Of a DNA stretch of 64,000 nucleotides, positions 50,724 through 64,000 are shown piece after piece (within the stretch, counting starts at the first letter, position 1; the number at the start of each line of letters is the position of its first letter). Origin of the DNA: the human T2T-CHM13v2.0 reference genome, Homo sapiens. Position numbers and translations under genes: made by a program. The stretch lies in NCBI RefSeq assembly GCF_009914755.1, contig NC_060934.1; one strand, written 5' to 3'. Below the pieces are notes generated by a model. It was not told where the DNA came from and did not search any database. It was given only the letters and a program-made list of their open reading frames with translations.

Positions 50724-53700
50724 GCCTATTGGTTTGGTTTTTCTGGAGAAGCCCGATTCATAAAAAAGTGTTGGCTACATTCAGGCAGAACCTTCAAGCA
50801 GCTCCAGGCTTATGCTCTGTCTTAGCAATCCTGGTGGATTCTTTCTCAAATTTCAGCCTAAATCCTAGAATCGGTTCTGGTTTCCCTGCTTGGGTCATGT
50901 GCCCATCCCTGGACCAATCACTGGGGCTGGAGTTACAGGATGTGCTGATTGACTGGCTATGCCAGGGAAAGTGCCCATCCCAGGAGTCAGTGGGGGAATT
51001 GACTGTACTAGAGCCACGTGAACTAAGAGTGAGCAAGGAATGATCCCTAAAAGAAAGTCAGGGTGCTGCTACCCTAAGACAGAAAGAGATGGTGACAGGT
51101 AAAAACAGACGTTCTTTACAGGGTCATGCCCCAGTTATTTGAATCAATAGGGGCTTTGTTAATTTAGCCAGAAAAGCTAGGATGTAAATCCCTGCAATGC
51201 CACCTAGCAGGTAGTCTTGGACAATCCATTTTATTGGACTATCCATATACCAAGCCTTCACTTCTTCACCTCTAAGTGAGAATAATATTTAGATTGGACA
51301 TATGTATGTAAGCACGTAGCAAAGACCTAGCATGTAACTCAGGAATTGGTAGCTAACCTTATCCTATAATATATGAGAGTTAAGCAACAGTGGCCTAATT
51401 CTCGTAGTGATAAAATGCATTCAGACCAGTGGTTCTCAACCCTTCTTTATCCGCATATAGCTAAAGAACATTCTGTAACTCATAAATGGAAGTTGTTCAT
51501 AGTGGCACGGAGTAAGGAGAATGGTCTCCCTTAAGTTACATGTCAGAATCTCCAGAGGAAGGGCATACATTGAAGATGCACCTGCTGGTGCTGATACACA
51601 GCTCACCCTCCCCACCCACCTTGGGAATCACTGATACACCATTAAACTGGCTTATTGGAGCATGCTGCAGCAAAATTATCCCTAGATGATGTCTCTATCC
51701 AAATAATTTCTAAAAGGAAAAATGTCATTCAGAATCAATGTTTACCCCTCCCCCTGTGCTCCCAACAGCAGAAGGAAGATAATTCACAGTTATGCTTAAG
51801 GTTCTAATCATAACCCATCTCTGTTATAACCATGGTGGTTAAAAATGTGCCTGCTATTTTAAGTCCATAATTATTTTTTAATAGTACTATCATTTCTTTC
51901 CATTAAGTCTGTGTCAGTGAACTAGAGCTTGGCCAAAAAGAGTGAAAAATACATGCAGTCAAAAGTTGACTGATAATAGAAGTATGCCTTTTATCTTAAT
52001 CTCTGATACCAAAATGAAAGGGATAAGAGAAACCAGGAAACACAACAAATGACAACTATTAATTTAGTGGTAGCATGATTTGCATAGTAATGCAGGAAAT
52101 GTGCTGCTGATTATTGCATTTGCTCTATCATTAGAGCGCTGAGAAATGTTTGGAACTTGTCTGCATTCCCCACTGGTTAACACTTTTTAGATAACTAAGC
52201 CATCTTCAGTGTATGAATTATTCTATCTACCCAAATCCACAACCGTCATTCAGTATATTTCCCTTCTTAAAAAACTTCCTTTTTCCCTATAAATACATAT
52301 TTGAAAAAAATGTATAGAAATCACATTCACCTTGATTTTGCACCATATATTTTGAAGCACTTTTATTTTACCCATTTGTATCACATTTCATGGAGATTAT
52401 GGACTTGTCCATGTTAGTCACTGAGAACCCCAATTTCAGGAATTGTAACACCTGAGCACCTCCTCAGGTCCTACTCAGGGACATTTAACCAATAGACTTC
52501 CAATCCAAGGGAAGTTCCGGAAAGAGAAGCCTACTGGGAAATTGAGAAGTCAGAGAGGATGGATGGGAGAAAAGGCAGAAATATAAAATTTACAATTCTA
52601 GAAATATAAAATTTTACTTAATTACTAATTCAGATCAGTCCAACTTCTGGATTAATTATGCACATTTTCTATTTTTGTCCTACTAACCTGCTCAGCTAAC
52701 TGGTCTACCCAGAATTCTGGGATCACAGCTTATAACTTCCTGCCTCCCCTTATTCAGTGTTTGTATCTTTCAGATGCCATCTTCCTATTTAATTGAACTC
52801 CATTGTCAGAGACCACCTCAAATCCCAAACTCTTCAGGAAGCTGCCCTTGATCAGTTTCACCTGATGGAGTTACTGCTGTGATTCAAAATTGATATCACC
52901 CATTTCATACCTCTTGGAACATCTACTATTGTTTTCTTTTTCTCCTGTCCTCCCTTCCTAAATAATTCACTTCATTTAACAAACATTTACAGAAAACAGC
53001 AGACACTGTAGGCACCAGCAATACAGGAATGATTGAAACTGACAGGCTCCCTACCATCATGAAGTCTCTTAGTTGGTTTATAATGGGATAACATCACATA
53101 CACATTTAATTATTGGCAAGCATGAAAGGGGTGTGGGTGAAGCTGGGTGGGTTAGGGAAGGGAAAGGAAGAATAACAATTTAAATAGTAAAGGCAATTCT
53201 TTTTTGATTACCAAGTGCCTGAGTAAATGTGAACTGGGAGATGAGTATCCATCTGGTCTTCCCTCTGGTATACCTCCCTTCCCACCCCTCCCTACCTCCT
53301 TATTGAAGGTTTCACAGGGTGAACAACTCTCTTAATTAGTATGAATTTTTTTCTAACTTGGCCCCTAAAGGCAAGTTGACACTTCATTTATTACTCAACA
53401 GAAGATGCAGCACTTAGGATCCACTCTTGAGGATCTATAACAAGAAGAGCTGGGATTGCAGTGGTCTCAGGATACTGGAGCCCAGGTGGATTGTTTTCTA
53501 AGAGAGGGGCAGCCCTCTCCAGTCTGTCAGCCAAGCTCCAAGTCCCCCTCACTCTTCCCTCCTCATTTCCACAAAGGGCATCTTTCAATAAGAGAAATTC
53601 TCATAATCGAACTTTGCTGGAATATTTTCTTCACTTGATGCAAGTCCAGGGCATCTCCCCAAAGACCCTTGATCATGTCAGAGGTGGCTCAGAGCTGGTG

Positions 53701-54789
53701 AAAAGAAATCTGTGTTTAGTGGTAGGATACTTATTTTATTATTTTCCATTCAACTGGCCAGGGTCTTATCTTCTCTTTAAATGTATTTTACTTCAGTGTT
53801 GTCAAAGAAACAGGAGAAAGCATAAGCTGCATGCACATTTCAGACAAGCCTATGATTCTCAACCCAAACTGAGATCCTACAAGATCTATTTGTCTGTTTG
53901 GGATAAGCAGCACGCCATATCAAAAAGTGATGTGCATTCTCAACCCTGACCCAGGTAGTCCTGCTATGAAGGTCTGAGCCAGTGAGGAGAACGCATCTGG
54001 AAGACACTTCTGAGAGAAAGTCTCCCAGAAAATCTCCTAATCAGCACTATCTAATTTAACACTTTTTCCATAAAAAGGAAGTTCCAAGAGCAGTTCTGCT
54101 ACTTGCAGAAATAAAAATCAAAATGAACCTATTCTCGCATTGTAAAAAACCTTTCAAATAAGATTCCAAAGACACAACTCAGCCTTGAACCGAAATCAAG
54201 ACATAAACATGAGCTCAGCAAAACAGCATGGAAATAAATCAATCATGTATGCTACATGTTTCAATAAATATGCCAACAATAATAAAATTTTAGGTGTGGT
54301 CTTCAAAAGCCAACGTTTCTCATATTAAATTCCCTGTAGCATTTTTTGAATTGAGTTGAATAACAAAATAAAGCAGTTTGTATATTTATGGGATTCTTTT
54401 CTTCAGAAACTTTTTGACTCGAATAAAATGCATTCCATATGTATGATAGCTAAGCTGCATTTCCATGAGACATATATTTTCCCCATTTTTCAGTTAATGA
54501 ATGTTTCAAGGGACAGTTTTCCAAGTTCTCCTCCCACTTTCCCAAGGCAAGATGTCTTAAGGAAAACAAAACAAAACAAAACAAAGCTAGGAGGAAATAC
54601 TTCATCACTATTCATTATTTATAAACAAGTATAGTTCAGATCATGAAGGAATGGCTCCATTCATCAGTTTCACCTCTCCAAATCCAAGTAAACCACTCCC
54701 CAGGCTCTTGGTTATCTGATATTCAGTCCTGATAGCCATAGATCAAGAAAGGCCCTTTGCAAAATGGCAGATACTGAAGGATACTAAAA

Positions 54790-54827
54790 CGCAGACACAC
54801 ACAGACACACACACACACACACACACA
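54790..54827. repeat. (CA)n microsatellite
   Basis: Directly visible. Confidence 0.95.
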
Positions 54828-54949
54828 TTCTCAAATGATATAACTTTCAAAAAAAAATTAAGAGGAAGCAAAACAAATGGCTCTCCACCATTTTTTTTTC
54901 TGCCCCATAGCCCCACCTAGGGAAAAAATTGTAAACTATGCTTAAATTA

Positions 54950-55500
54950 ATTCAACAAATATTTACTGGACATCCATAACGTGCCAGGCACATGCTGGGG
55001 CCCCAAGGACACAATGCTGAGGATGGATTTGTTCCAGAGTCCAGAGGAGGGAGCAGGTGGAGGCTCTGTGGCTCAGATTTCAGGGAGGGGAGTGTTAGGG
55101 AGACCCCCTGGGGAAGTTGATATCTGAGCTAGAGGCTGAGAAAAAGAGAGGGAGGTGAAGGTGCCAGGCAGAGAAGTCAGCAGAGTGGAGAGGGCTGGGA
55201 GAAAGCAACATTTTCCCAGGTCTGCAGCTCCCAGTGCGGGGGCGCAGCAAAGCTGAGGCTGGAGGGCAGCAGGGCCAGACCTTCAGGGCTTTGCAGGGCA
55301 CACACAGGAATCTGGGCTTCATCCTGAAAGGAGTGGGGGTGGCAGGAGGTCGCCAAAGTGTTGTAACCTTGCAGTGACAAGGTGACATTTGCGTTTTCAT
55401 CAGGGTAGTGACAAGGTCAGGGTTGTGCTTTTTCAAAATCACATGAATTGTGATTCAGAGGTTTGATCAGAGTGGGGTGGCACAGGCTGGAGGCTGGAAG
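54950..55500 (-). mobile_element. L2
   Basis: ATTCAACAAATATTTACTG..GTGCCAGGCAC.. followed by a purine-rich antisense L2 body. Confidence 0.75.
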
Positions 55501-57029
55501 GGTCCTTGGCAAAGCAGATTTGCCAGTTACAATCTCCTCGAAGTCCCTCCGTGCCAGCCTCCTCGCCCCTCTCTGAGAGGCGTCACTCGTATTCTAGGAA
55601 GCAAGTGGATCATATGAAAAGATGTCCCCCAAATGGCACAGTCCTTAGTCAGAGACCATCTCAAGAGGTTCAAGCAGCCACCTGGGATCCCCAGCCAAGT
55701 CAGGCATTCAGTCAAACCCTGGTCACCTGGAAAGGCTTGTGAGTCATCAGATACTGGGCAGCTTGCAATAGGTTGTTTTTAAGTGTTTTAAGTTCCAACT
55801 TACTTATCTCTTAAAAATGCTAGGTATTTACCTTTTAATCAAATGGAATACAACCAGTACTTGAAAATATCTGTGCCTCCCTCTGCTCTGAGAGACCCAC
55901 AGTACAAGACTCTTTGCCCCAAAGGCTTGCAAATGCAAGAAATAGTCATTGGTTTTCTTCTTAGCCTCTGGGGTAGAGGATATTGTGCTAGTTAAGAATA
56001 TTATGGAAATATCCCAGAAATGGGTTAGACATTTAAGAAATAAAAACCCTAAGGGCCCCAAACCTGCTCTTAATCCTAAGAGTATCAAGTTGAGCACTCG
56101 CCTCCATACATCAAACTGGAATAAGAGATCTGTGAAAATCCTCAGAAGTGGAATTTTAATTTTTTTAACTTCTAAAGGTTAGATGTGAGAATAACATGAT
56201 GATAACCTCTTTATCTACCAGGACAGCAAAATCCAGGCTTAGGATGCGACGATGCTTACATTGATTAATAGAAACTAACCAGCCAGCAAATGCCTTGAAA
56301 GTTCCCAGATAACCTGAGAAGTGACAAGAAACAGAGACCATAAATAAAGTTAAGTGCCCTAGAGAAAAAATACACCCAAAGTGGCTTTAGTCTGTCCCAC
56401 AGAATAATTCTTTTTCATGCTACATAGCAAAAGAGCTCAATCTAGTTCTTCCTAGTTTTGTCTGGTTTACTCAAAACAAATTCCGTATAGGGTTCTCAGA
56501 TCTTTTCTTCTACATATTCCTCTGAAGATTTAAAGCTTTGCAAAACCAGACTGTACCCAGAATAGAGTCTCACTTTTTTTTTAAGCAGGGATAAATAAGA
56601 AGGCAAGATCTGAGCAAACCTTTAGTATCCTCTACAGACCCTATCATTGGATTTTTTGCTAAGAATATTAAATATTTGTAAATGGATGTTTGATAATAAT
56701 ACCCTAAAGAAATAATTTTCTATTTAATTTTATAAAATTCAAACACTTATGTTATCTCCAATATTCCTGGAGTGGTTTGATAAATGGTAGTTGGGCCACA
56801 GGAACCTCCCTGCTTCTTGAGAGTATCTCAGAGTATTTGCTTAAGAAATACACATGGATTCCTCCAGGGCAGTTCCTATAGGCTCTGAAACATACCCCAA
56901 AGGTTAAGTGATGAGCAGAAAGTTTAAACTCCTCAAGCCATTCAGCTTTAAAATAACACCTGGACCAAACCCACAACCAATACACTACTCTGTTATAGCA
57001 AATGTGTTGTTCCATGGCCTTCCAGAGTC

Positions 57030-57541
57030 CTATGATTTTTCTTCTATTGAACCTGCTACAGTATTTCTTTGGAAAACTACTTTTTCCTCTACCATCAACC
57101 CTTGCACTTTAGTGGAGCTGGCTCCAGCTCTGTGTTGGGAAGAGGCCACTGACTCAGGCCTGCCAATCAGAGGATCACATTCTCCCTCCACACTGATTGG
57201 TTCAGGGATAGGTGATGTTGCAGTCAGAGCCAATGAGAATCAATGACTCTTGCTGAACGAGATTATTCCTATTGGACTTGAACCTGGCCCAGAGTGAGCT
57301 TGAGTGGCCATTTTGCCATCATGAGATGAGTCGGCTGAGAATGGAGCTCATGCTCCACAAAGGGTGTAGGAGAGAGGTGGAGAGATGGAGACTGAGACCG
57401 AGGAACATCATTTCAGCCCCTGGATCAAGAAGCATGCAAAATGACAAATCCCTGTACTTATGTTAATAAGTTTTCTTTCATGCTTAAGCCAATTTGAGAC
57501 AGAATTTGTGTCATTTGCAACAAAAGGAGTCCTAATTCATA
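57030..57541 (+). mobile_element. Old MaLR LTR (MLT1K-like)
   Basis: GCCAATCAGA..TGATTGGTTCAGGGAT..GCCCCTGGATCAAG..GCTTAAGCCA.TTTGAG..TTGCAAC..GAGTCCTAA. Confidence 0.8.
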
Positions 57542-57884
57542 AAATTGTATGTAAACATATGAACTGCTGACAACACAATTTTGAGCAAGATGACATTGTG
57601 AATACAAAGCTGAAAATGAATCAATGACATTGCCAGGTAGGACTTATTCTCCCATCAACAACATCTTAACATGGCATATCCTCTTTTGGACAGTGCACAG
57701 TGCTACTGAATAAATGAAAATTCTATTTTTTTTAAAGCAATAACACTAAGATAAGATGTTAAATCAACAAAGTGAGATAAAAATGGAGACCCAGGTCTAA
57801 GGAAACAAAATGAGGATAACAACAACTCATTATTATTGTACATAATGGTACGGAATACATACTATTAAAAATCAAATTACTATG

Positions 57885-58805
57885 GGGTTTCAATTCCAAT
57901 AAGGGTGAAGCAGCTACTATTGGGCTAACTCTGGACAAAATATTTTTTAAAACAACTATTTAAATATGCTAGAGAGCAATCAAAGTCAGGCAGTACTGGA
58001 AGAGATTCAACCCTTGGCAGATGGGAGTTACAGTTACATTGGGTGAGATCTATGTTTATACGATTTTTCCTTGAGGGCAACCCCTTAGTCTACAAAGTGT
58101 TGGGTGGCTCAAACTGAAGCAGTAAACCACAGAGTAGTTGGTTTGAGATACTAGAAAATTAAGTTTTGGACAGCCGAAGCATGTGAAAAATGAGGGAGGA
58201 AATCACAGAAAGTTGACATTGAGAGCCCCCAAGTATGCATATGTCTTTTATTTAAGTCCCTGGCTGATCTCTGATCTGTGCATAGTTAGGGGAACTCCTG
58301 AGATTGTAGCAGAAAGATACAGCTAGAAGGATTAAAAGGCTGAGCAGAGATTTCAGCTGCTGGCCTTAGCAGGGAAACTAGTGTTGAGTCTGAATCCTGC
58401 CAGATTATAGGTGCTTGATAAATAGCTGAGGTTTTTCATTGAAATTTCAGAAGGGTCATTCTGATAAATAAAGACTATATCCTAGAACTAAGAATTTGCC
58501 CTTAGACAAAGGGAAAAAACAAAATGAACCCATCCTAACAAAGTATAAACTCAAGCCTCCACAGGTTCAAGATGATTAGATAGTAATTTAACTCCTGGCT
58601 AGAAAAAAAAATTCACACTCTTCAAAGGAAAATAACAGAATCCAGAGAATCTGTAACATATATTACACAATGTAGGGGAGACAATTTAAAAACAAAATAT
58701 GAAAAGAAAGAAGCAAATGTGACCCATATCCAAAGATGAAAGTAGTTATTGAAACTGATACCGAGATGACACAAATGTTGGAATTAGTAGACAAAGATTT
58801 TAATA
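57885..58805 (+). mobile_element. Old L1M 5' region
   Basis: CTGGACAAAATA..AAACAACT..GAGAGCAA; GCTGAGCAGAGATTTCAGC; CAAATGTTGGAATTAG.AGACAA.GA.TTTAA. Confidence 0.65.
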
Positions 58806-59845
58806 AAACAAAAATTGACAAATGGGAACTAATTTAACTAAAGAGCTTCTGCACAGCAAAAGAAACTATCAGCAGAGTAAACAGACAACCTGCAGAATGG
58901 GAGAAAAGATTTGCAAACTATGCATCCGACCTAAAAGTCTAATATCCAGAATCTATAAGGAATTTAAACAAACTAACAAGGAAAAAAATGAACAACTCAA
59001 TTAAAAAGTGGGCAAAGGATATGAACAGACACTTTTCAAAAGAAAGTATACACGTGGCCAACAAGCATATGAAAAAATGCTTAACATCACTAATCATTGG
59101 TGAAATGCAAATCAAAACTACAGTGAGACCATCTCACACTAGTCAGAATGCCTATTACTAAAAATTCAAAAAATAACAGATGCTGGCGAGGCCTCAGAGA
59201 AAAGGGAATGCTTATACACTGCTGGTAGGAATGTAAATTAGTTCGTCCATTGTGGAAAGGAGTTTGGCAGTTTCTCAAAGAAATTAAAACAGAACTACTG
59301 TTTGACCCAGCAATCCCACAATTGGTATATACCCAAAGGAATATAAATCATTCTGCCATAAAGACACATGCACACATATGTTCATTGCAGCACTATTCAC
59401 AATAACAAAGATTTGGAATCAACCTAAATGTCCTTCAGTGGTAGACTGGATAAAATAAATGTACATATATACCATGGAATACTACACAGTCATAAAAAAG
59501 AACAAGATCATATCCTTTGCAGCAACATGTGGGGAGCTGGAAGCCATTATCCTAAGCAAACTAATGCAGGAACAGAAAACCAAACACCGCATATTCTCAC
59601 TTATAAGTGAGAGCTAAACATTGAGTACACGTGGATGCAAAGAAGAGAACAACAGACACTGGGGCTTACTTAAGGATAGAGGGTAGAAGGGCGATGATTG
59701 AAAAACTACCTGTTGGGTACTATGCTTGTTACCTGGGCGATGAAGTAATCTGTACACCAAGCCCCTGTGATATGCAATTTACCTATATAACAAACTACAA
59801 ATGTACCCCTGAAGCTAAAATAAAAGTTTCCAATTTAAAAAAAAA
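58806..59845 (+). mobile_element. L1PA15/16-type 3' end
   Basis: ORF2 end (AACTAAAGAGCTTCTGCACAGCAAAAGAAAC) and 3' UTR (GAGCTAAACATTGAGTACAC..GAAAAACTACCT..GGGTACTATGCT) with A tail. Confidence 0.92.
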
Positions 59846-59883
59846 GAGGTCAAGAGAAGAGAAAGAGATTCTGGATGTATATA

Positions 59884-60196
59884 CAGTCACCCCTCCTTAT
59901 CCATGGTTTCCGCATCTGCAGATTCAACCCACCATGGATTGAAAATATTGAAGGAAAGGAACACAGAAAAATAACAGTACAGATAAGAAAAAATACAGTG
60001 TAACAATTATTTATACAGCATTTACATTGTATTAGGTATTATAAGTAATCTAGAGATTATTTAAAGTATATGGGAGGATATGTGTAAGTTATATGCAAAT
60101 ACTATGCCATTTTATATCAGGGACTTGAGCATCCTCAGAGTTTGGTATCTCTCGGAGTCCTGAAATCAATCCCCTACTAATAGCAAGGGAGGACTA
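59884..60196. mobile_element. MER2 (Tigger-family MITE)
   Basis: TA-flanked; TATCCATGG..GCATCTGCAGATTCAACC..AGCATTTACATTGTATTAGGTATTATAAGTAATCTAGAG..GGGACTTGAGCATC. Confidence 0.92.
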
Positions 60197-61689
60197 TATA
60201 TCAATCTACTAATTTGAGGTAGTAGAAATAAAAGGTTACTTTCTTTTTAAATTTTGTTCTATAAATCTCTAAAAATGAAAAAAGAAAAAAGAAAACAAGA
60301 GGGAAACACAAAGAATCAGTAAATCCCAGCCTGAAGTTGAGATACAGATATACTGTAGAGGGAGGGGCTCCATTCCCACCTAGATCAACAAATCCAATGT
60401 CCTGTAATGCAGATGAGTCAATAGGGCCAGAGGGCTAACAACCTGTCACAGGGCACTGCAGTGAGGCAGGGGCATTGCTAGCTCTAGAGCCCTGATCCCT
60501 TACCCACCAACTTCATGCTTTAGAGTTAATTCCATTTTTTCTACATATTTCCTATGGATGAAGCTAACTATGAAGTGCACACATTGTGCTTTGTGTGTGT
60601 GTGTGCATGCACATGTGTGTGTTGTTTTTCAAAGGTGCTCGAAACATGGTTGAAAGCTTTCTGACAGAGCCCTGATTGTTTGGAGAGAGGCAGGGCTAGC
60701 AAAATCAGAGGAATGTGTAACATAAAAATGAGGTTAAAAAGGGGCTATTGTTCCTATAACTAATCTTTACATTGAATCTTTTCTAGCAAAGGAGCGGATG
60801 TAGCGTTTTTCAGCTCTATCAAAAAGACCTGACATTTCTGTGAGGAGGCCAAACAATACACAGTTATAGAGATACTAACCTGCAGCCTGGTCACACAGAA
60901 TATGTCCTCTACAGACCTAGAAACTAGTAGATACCCTAGAAACTAGTTCTCCTACTGGTGTAAAAAGGATGCTAAGAAGAAGAAACAAACACACAGGGTC
61001 TTTGTACCCTAAAGCCCAGAAATACAACCAACCACTAGCCTTAGAAACTTAGGAGTTAGATCACAGACTGCACAAGTCCTAGATGAAAGAGGAAAAGGGC
61101 TGACTGACATTTTTATTTTAAATTTAAAATACTGGAGGAGAACAGTTGATATTTGGCATTTCTGCAGTCTAGAAAAGCTGTGTTGACCCTGATTGGCCTT
61201 CAGGTGATCATTTTGCATTGCCATGGAGTCTTTATCTCCAAGGGTGTCCGGCTTCTGAAATCAGAGATGAGTGGGGAATGTCAGTCAGGGTCAGAGGAAT
61301 GCTGTGCCAGGCATGGATCTGAAGGACTCTGGTGGTTGACTCTGCAGAAGTCAAGATCAACCCTGAAGCCCTTCTCCAGATGCTCTTGGATGGGCTGAGG
61401 TTACGAATAGCACCTGCACCACCTACATCTCTGAGAGTTGGCCACAACTGAGACAGGGCTTGGGCTTTCTGGGGAAGACCCTGCATTTGCCTTCCTGTGG
61501 AGTGCTGATTGTTTCTTCCATGAGAAATTCACTGTCTCTGATAATGTTCTTATTTCACATGATCATCTGAAGAAAAAAAATGGATAAGCAAGTTAAGGAA
61601 GTGAAGAGCAGAGGCCACTGGGATGAAGGCTAGAAGAAATGAATTCATGAAAGCTATGAAAGATGACATTGATGCTAACACATTGTATA

Positions 61690-61890
61690 GACTGGGGCTT
61701 AATCTGCTGGGTACCGTGCCAAATGCTTTTCAGGTATTATATTATTAATCCTGATGGAAACCATAAGAGATAGATGTTATAATTATCCCCATTTTACAGA
61801 CGAGGAAACTGATGCTTGGAGGTAGCCTGCCCAAAGTAACAGCTCTAGAAAGGAGAGGACCAGAACTAGAACCCAGTCTGACTCTGGCTC
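61690..61890 (-). mobile_element. MIR
   Basis: ATTATCCCCATTTTACAGACGAGGAAACTGA..GAACCCAGTCTGACTC. Confidence 0.85.
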
Positions 61891-62399
61891 CTTCCCTTCT
61901 TACCCTCCCCTACCTGCCCTTCTTCCCTCTCACCCCACAAACAAAAGCTCTTCCCCTTGTGAAAGATCTGCTGTCAATCATTCCTACTTTACAATCACAC
62001 ACTTGCAGACAATGAAGTGTTGCATCACCTCCCCCAGGAGAAAAACTTTTAAAAAATCTTCTCCAGTGATCAAGAAGGATGTTCTGCTACCAACTCTCCC
62101 TATATGTGATCTACATGTCCAAAAATGGTAGATGATGGAGTACTATTATACTGCAACTTTAGCCCATTGATGAAGTCAAGTAATTGATACAACATTGCTA
62201 GCAAGAAACAGCGGCTCTGCACCTAAGAAGGGAGGCAGGGGGGCATACTGCATGGATTTTACAGGGCTGTTTCTGCCCTGAGCTTTCTTCCTCATCTGTA
62301 AAGTGAGGGATTTGGATGGAATGCTTGCTAAGGGATGTTTAAGCATTGTGATGTTGTAATATCTATAAGAAAGCAATTAAACTCTGCTTTTATAAACCT

Positions 62400-63070
62400 T
62401 CACATTTATTGTGGCATTTTTCATCATCAGATTGGCAAAGATTGAAACACATGGGGCTAATGAGGAGATAACAAAACAGATGCTCTTGGCCTTACTGGTG
62501 GGTGAATAAATTGGCTCAACCTCTGTGGATATCTATAAAAATATAATAACAATGACAATCATAATTTGCAGCGCATATACCCATTTACACTGATAACTCA
62601 TTTCTGGGAGGTTCTCCTAGAGCTATGTTTGCACATGGAAGATTAACTACGGTGCTGTTTATTGTAACAGGAAGCTAGGAATGACCTGCATGCCCTTTGG
62701 TGAAGGATGGTGTGCTAAATTGGGCTACATCTAAGTAAATGGGACACTACACCAGCCCTAAAAAGAATAAGGTAGATGAACATGTTAGAACAGGATCTCC
62801 AGAACAAATCACTAGGAAGAAAATGTAGAGAACTACATAATATGCTCCCATCTGGTTTGACTATGTGGTTAGAAGGTGTATATGTGTTTGTGCAAATGCA
62901 AGTTTAGAACATCTCTGGAAGGATTGCTTTAAAAACAACTGTTAACACTGGTTGCCATGGTAGGGGACCTGGGGACCCAGAATAAAAGGGAGAGTTTTTT
63001 TAATTGAGGAGCTTATTGTGTTCTTTGAATTTTTTGCTTTGTACATATATTACTTTTTTATTTTAAAAAA
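62400..63070 (+). mobile_element. Old L1 (L1ME4-like) 3' fragment
   Basis: CATCAGATTGGCAAAGATT..CTGGTGGG..TAAATTGG..TCTCTGGAAGGAT..AACTGTTAACA.TGGTTGCC. Confidence 0.65.
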
Positions 63071-63149
63071 ACTAGTTCAAAAAGTTTTTTCGGTTTATGA
63101 GAGGTCATGACAAAAACATAAAAATACTGCAGAGAAATTGCATCAACTT

Positions 63150-63308
63150 TATTATATAGTGTATCACATACCCACATACATATACAGCATTACACAATGT
63201 TGCATATATATATATGTCTACTACATTACGTATATATGTGTATGTGTATGTACATACACATATACAATTACATATATATTTGTATACACAAACACACACA
63301 CACACACA
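63150..63308. repeat. Degenerate (TA)/(CA) tract
   Basis: Directly visible. Confidence 0.85.
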
Positions 63309-64000
63309 CCAGTTGGATAATTTGTTGGCCCAGCTGGTTAAAAGTTGAAAGCTCATGAAATTCCAGTCACTGGTTCTCTCCCAGTTTTGAGACTCGGCCT
63401 CTCCCTTCCATAACCACAGACTATGCTTGGAGCCTAGGTCAGCCACCTACACAGTGGACTTTCCAAGAAGAAAGATCACGTTTTTTTCCCCTGTCATCCA
63501 ATGCCCAAACATCTCTCCCACATCCCCACCGAGTGAACACTTTCAGCATCAATCTCTGACTTCAGCCAGAGGAGCTGGGCATAAAGAGCCCTCACTGTAA
63601 GCCCCAAGGCAGGCAAATGGGCCAACACTTGTTGGCCATGGCCTGAAATCTCCGATGTACACACGAAACAATCAAACATCTCTGATTCACGTTTGTTGAA
63701 TATTCTTAAGCCCTGAGAGAAAGGAGTCAAAAATAGCTAAGAGTTTTGAAACCCTTTAGGAAAAGGCACTCTTTGGCATACTTGTTTTTTCAGCATTCAA
63801 TGAACAAAAAGGTTCACTGTTTCGACCACCAAGAGAACAGCCAAGTTTTTAGAAACGCAGTCACACTTTTGGCTGACATAAGGAGATTTTCCAACTGGGC
63901 TTTCATCTGCACACGTATGGGTGGTCTCTTCCACCTACCACGGACTTTTCCGTGCCAACAATTTTGTTTGTAAATCTAAGTGTAATAACAAAGCTTGTGT

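Larger units (their letters stand above)
49944..50763 (+). mobile_element. ERVL LTR MLT2B, split by Tigger3
   Basis: TGTAATGGTT.ATTTTATG..GGTCAAACATTATTCTGGGTGTGTCTGTGA..CCTATTGGTT..TCTGGAGAA. Confidence 0.9.
49740..51110 (-). mobile_element. Old MaLR LTR (MLT1K-like) split by MLT2B
   Basis: TATTGGCTCATGTAACTGAAAA before, and TTGGGTCATGTGCCCATCCCTG.ACCAATCACTG after, the nested LTR. Confidence 0.7.

Noticed and set aside
53461-53949. 162-aa ORF
   Set aside because: GTG start, no recognisable domain or exon context; consistent with chance in 64 kb.

Overview
Primate (very probably human) non-coding genomic DNA. I see no protein-coding gene, tRNA, rRNA, CpG island or CRISPR array. The ORF-track entries are explained by Alu, L1, LTR or microsatellite sequence, or by chance. 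The window is a mosaic of ten Alus (J, S and Y types), L1 pieces of many ages, L2/MIR relics, MaLR and ERVL LTR elements (including an LTR16-type provirus remnant with a decayed protease) and DNA-transposon MITEs. Subfamily names are from recalled consensus sequences, and the boundaries of old elements are approximate. The most interesting features read directly from the sequence are: (1) a 570-bp poly(A)-tailed, TSD-flanked retroposed insert with no L1/Alu body at 37635-38204; (2) a ~150-bp young L1 insertion with a micro-inversion and a double A-tail at 15716-15864; (3) an old, diverged inverted repeat at ~26.87-27.86 kb that matches no repeat family I recognise; (4) several short local duplications, two of them copied ~2.3 kb away; (5) a chain of strong + strand splice sites ending in an LTR-derived poly(A) signal, compatible with the 3' part of a spliced lncRNA and followed by a CTCF motif. 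These are mechanistic curiosities and testable hypotheses. I find no evidence for a wholly new biological system, and I cannot name the locus from sequence alone.
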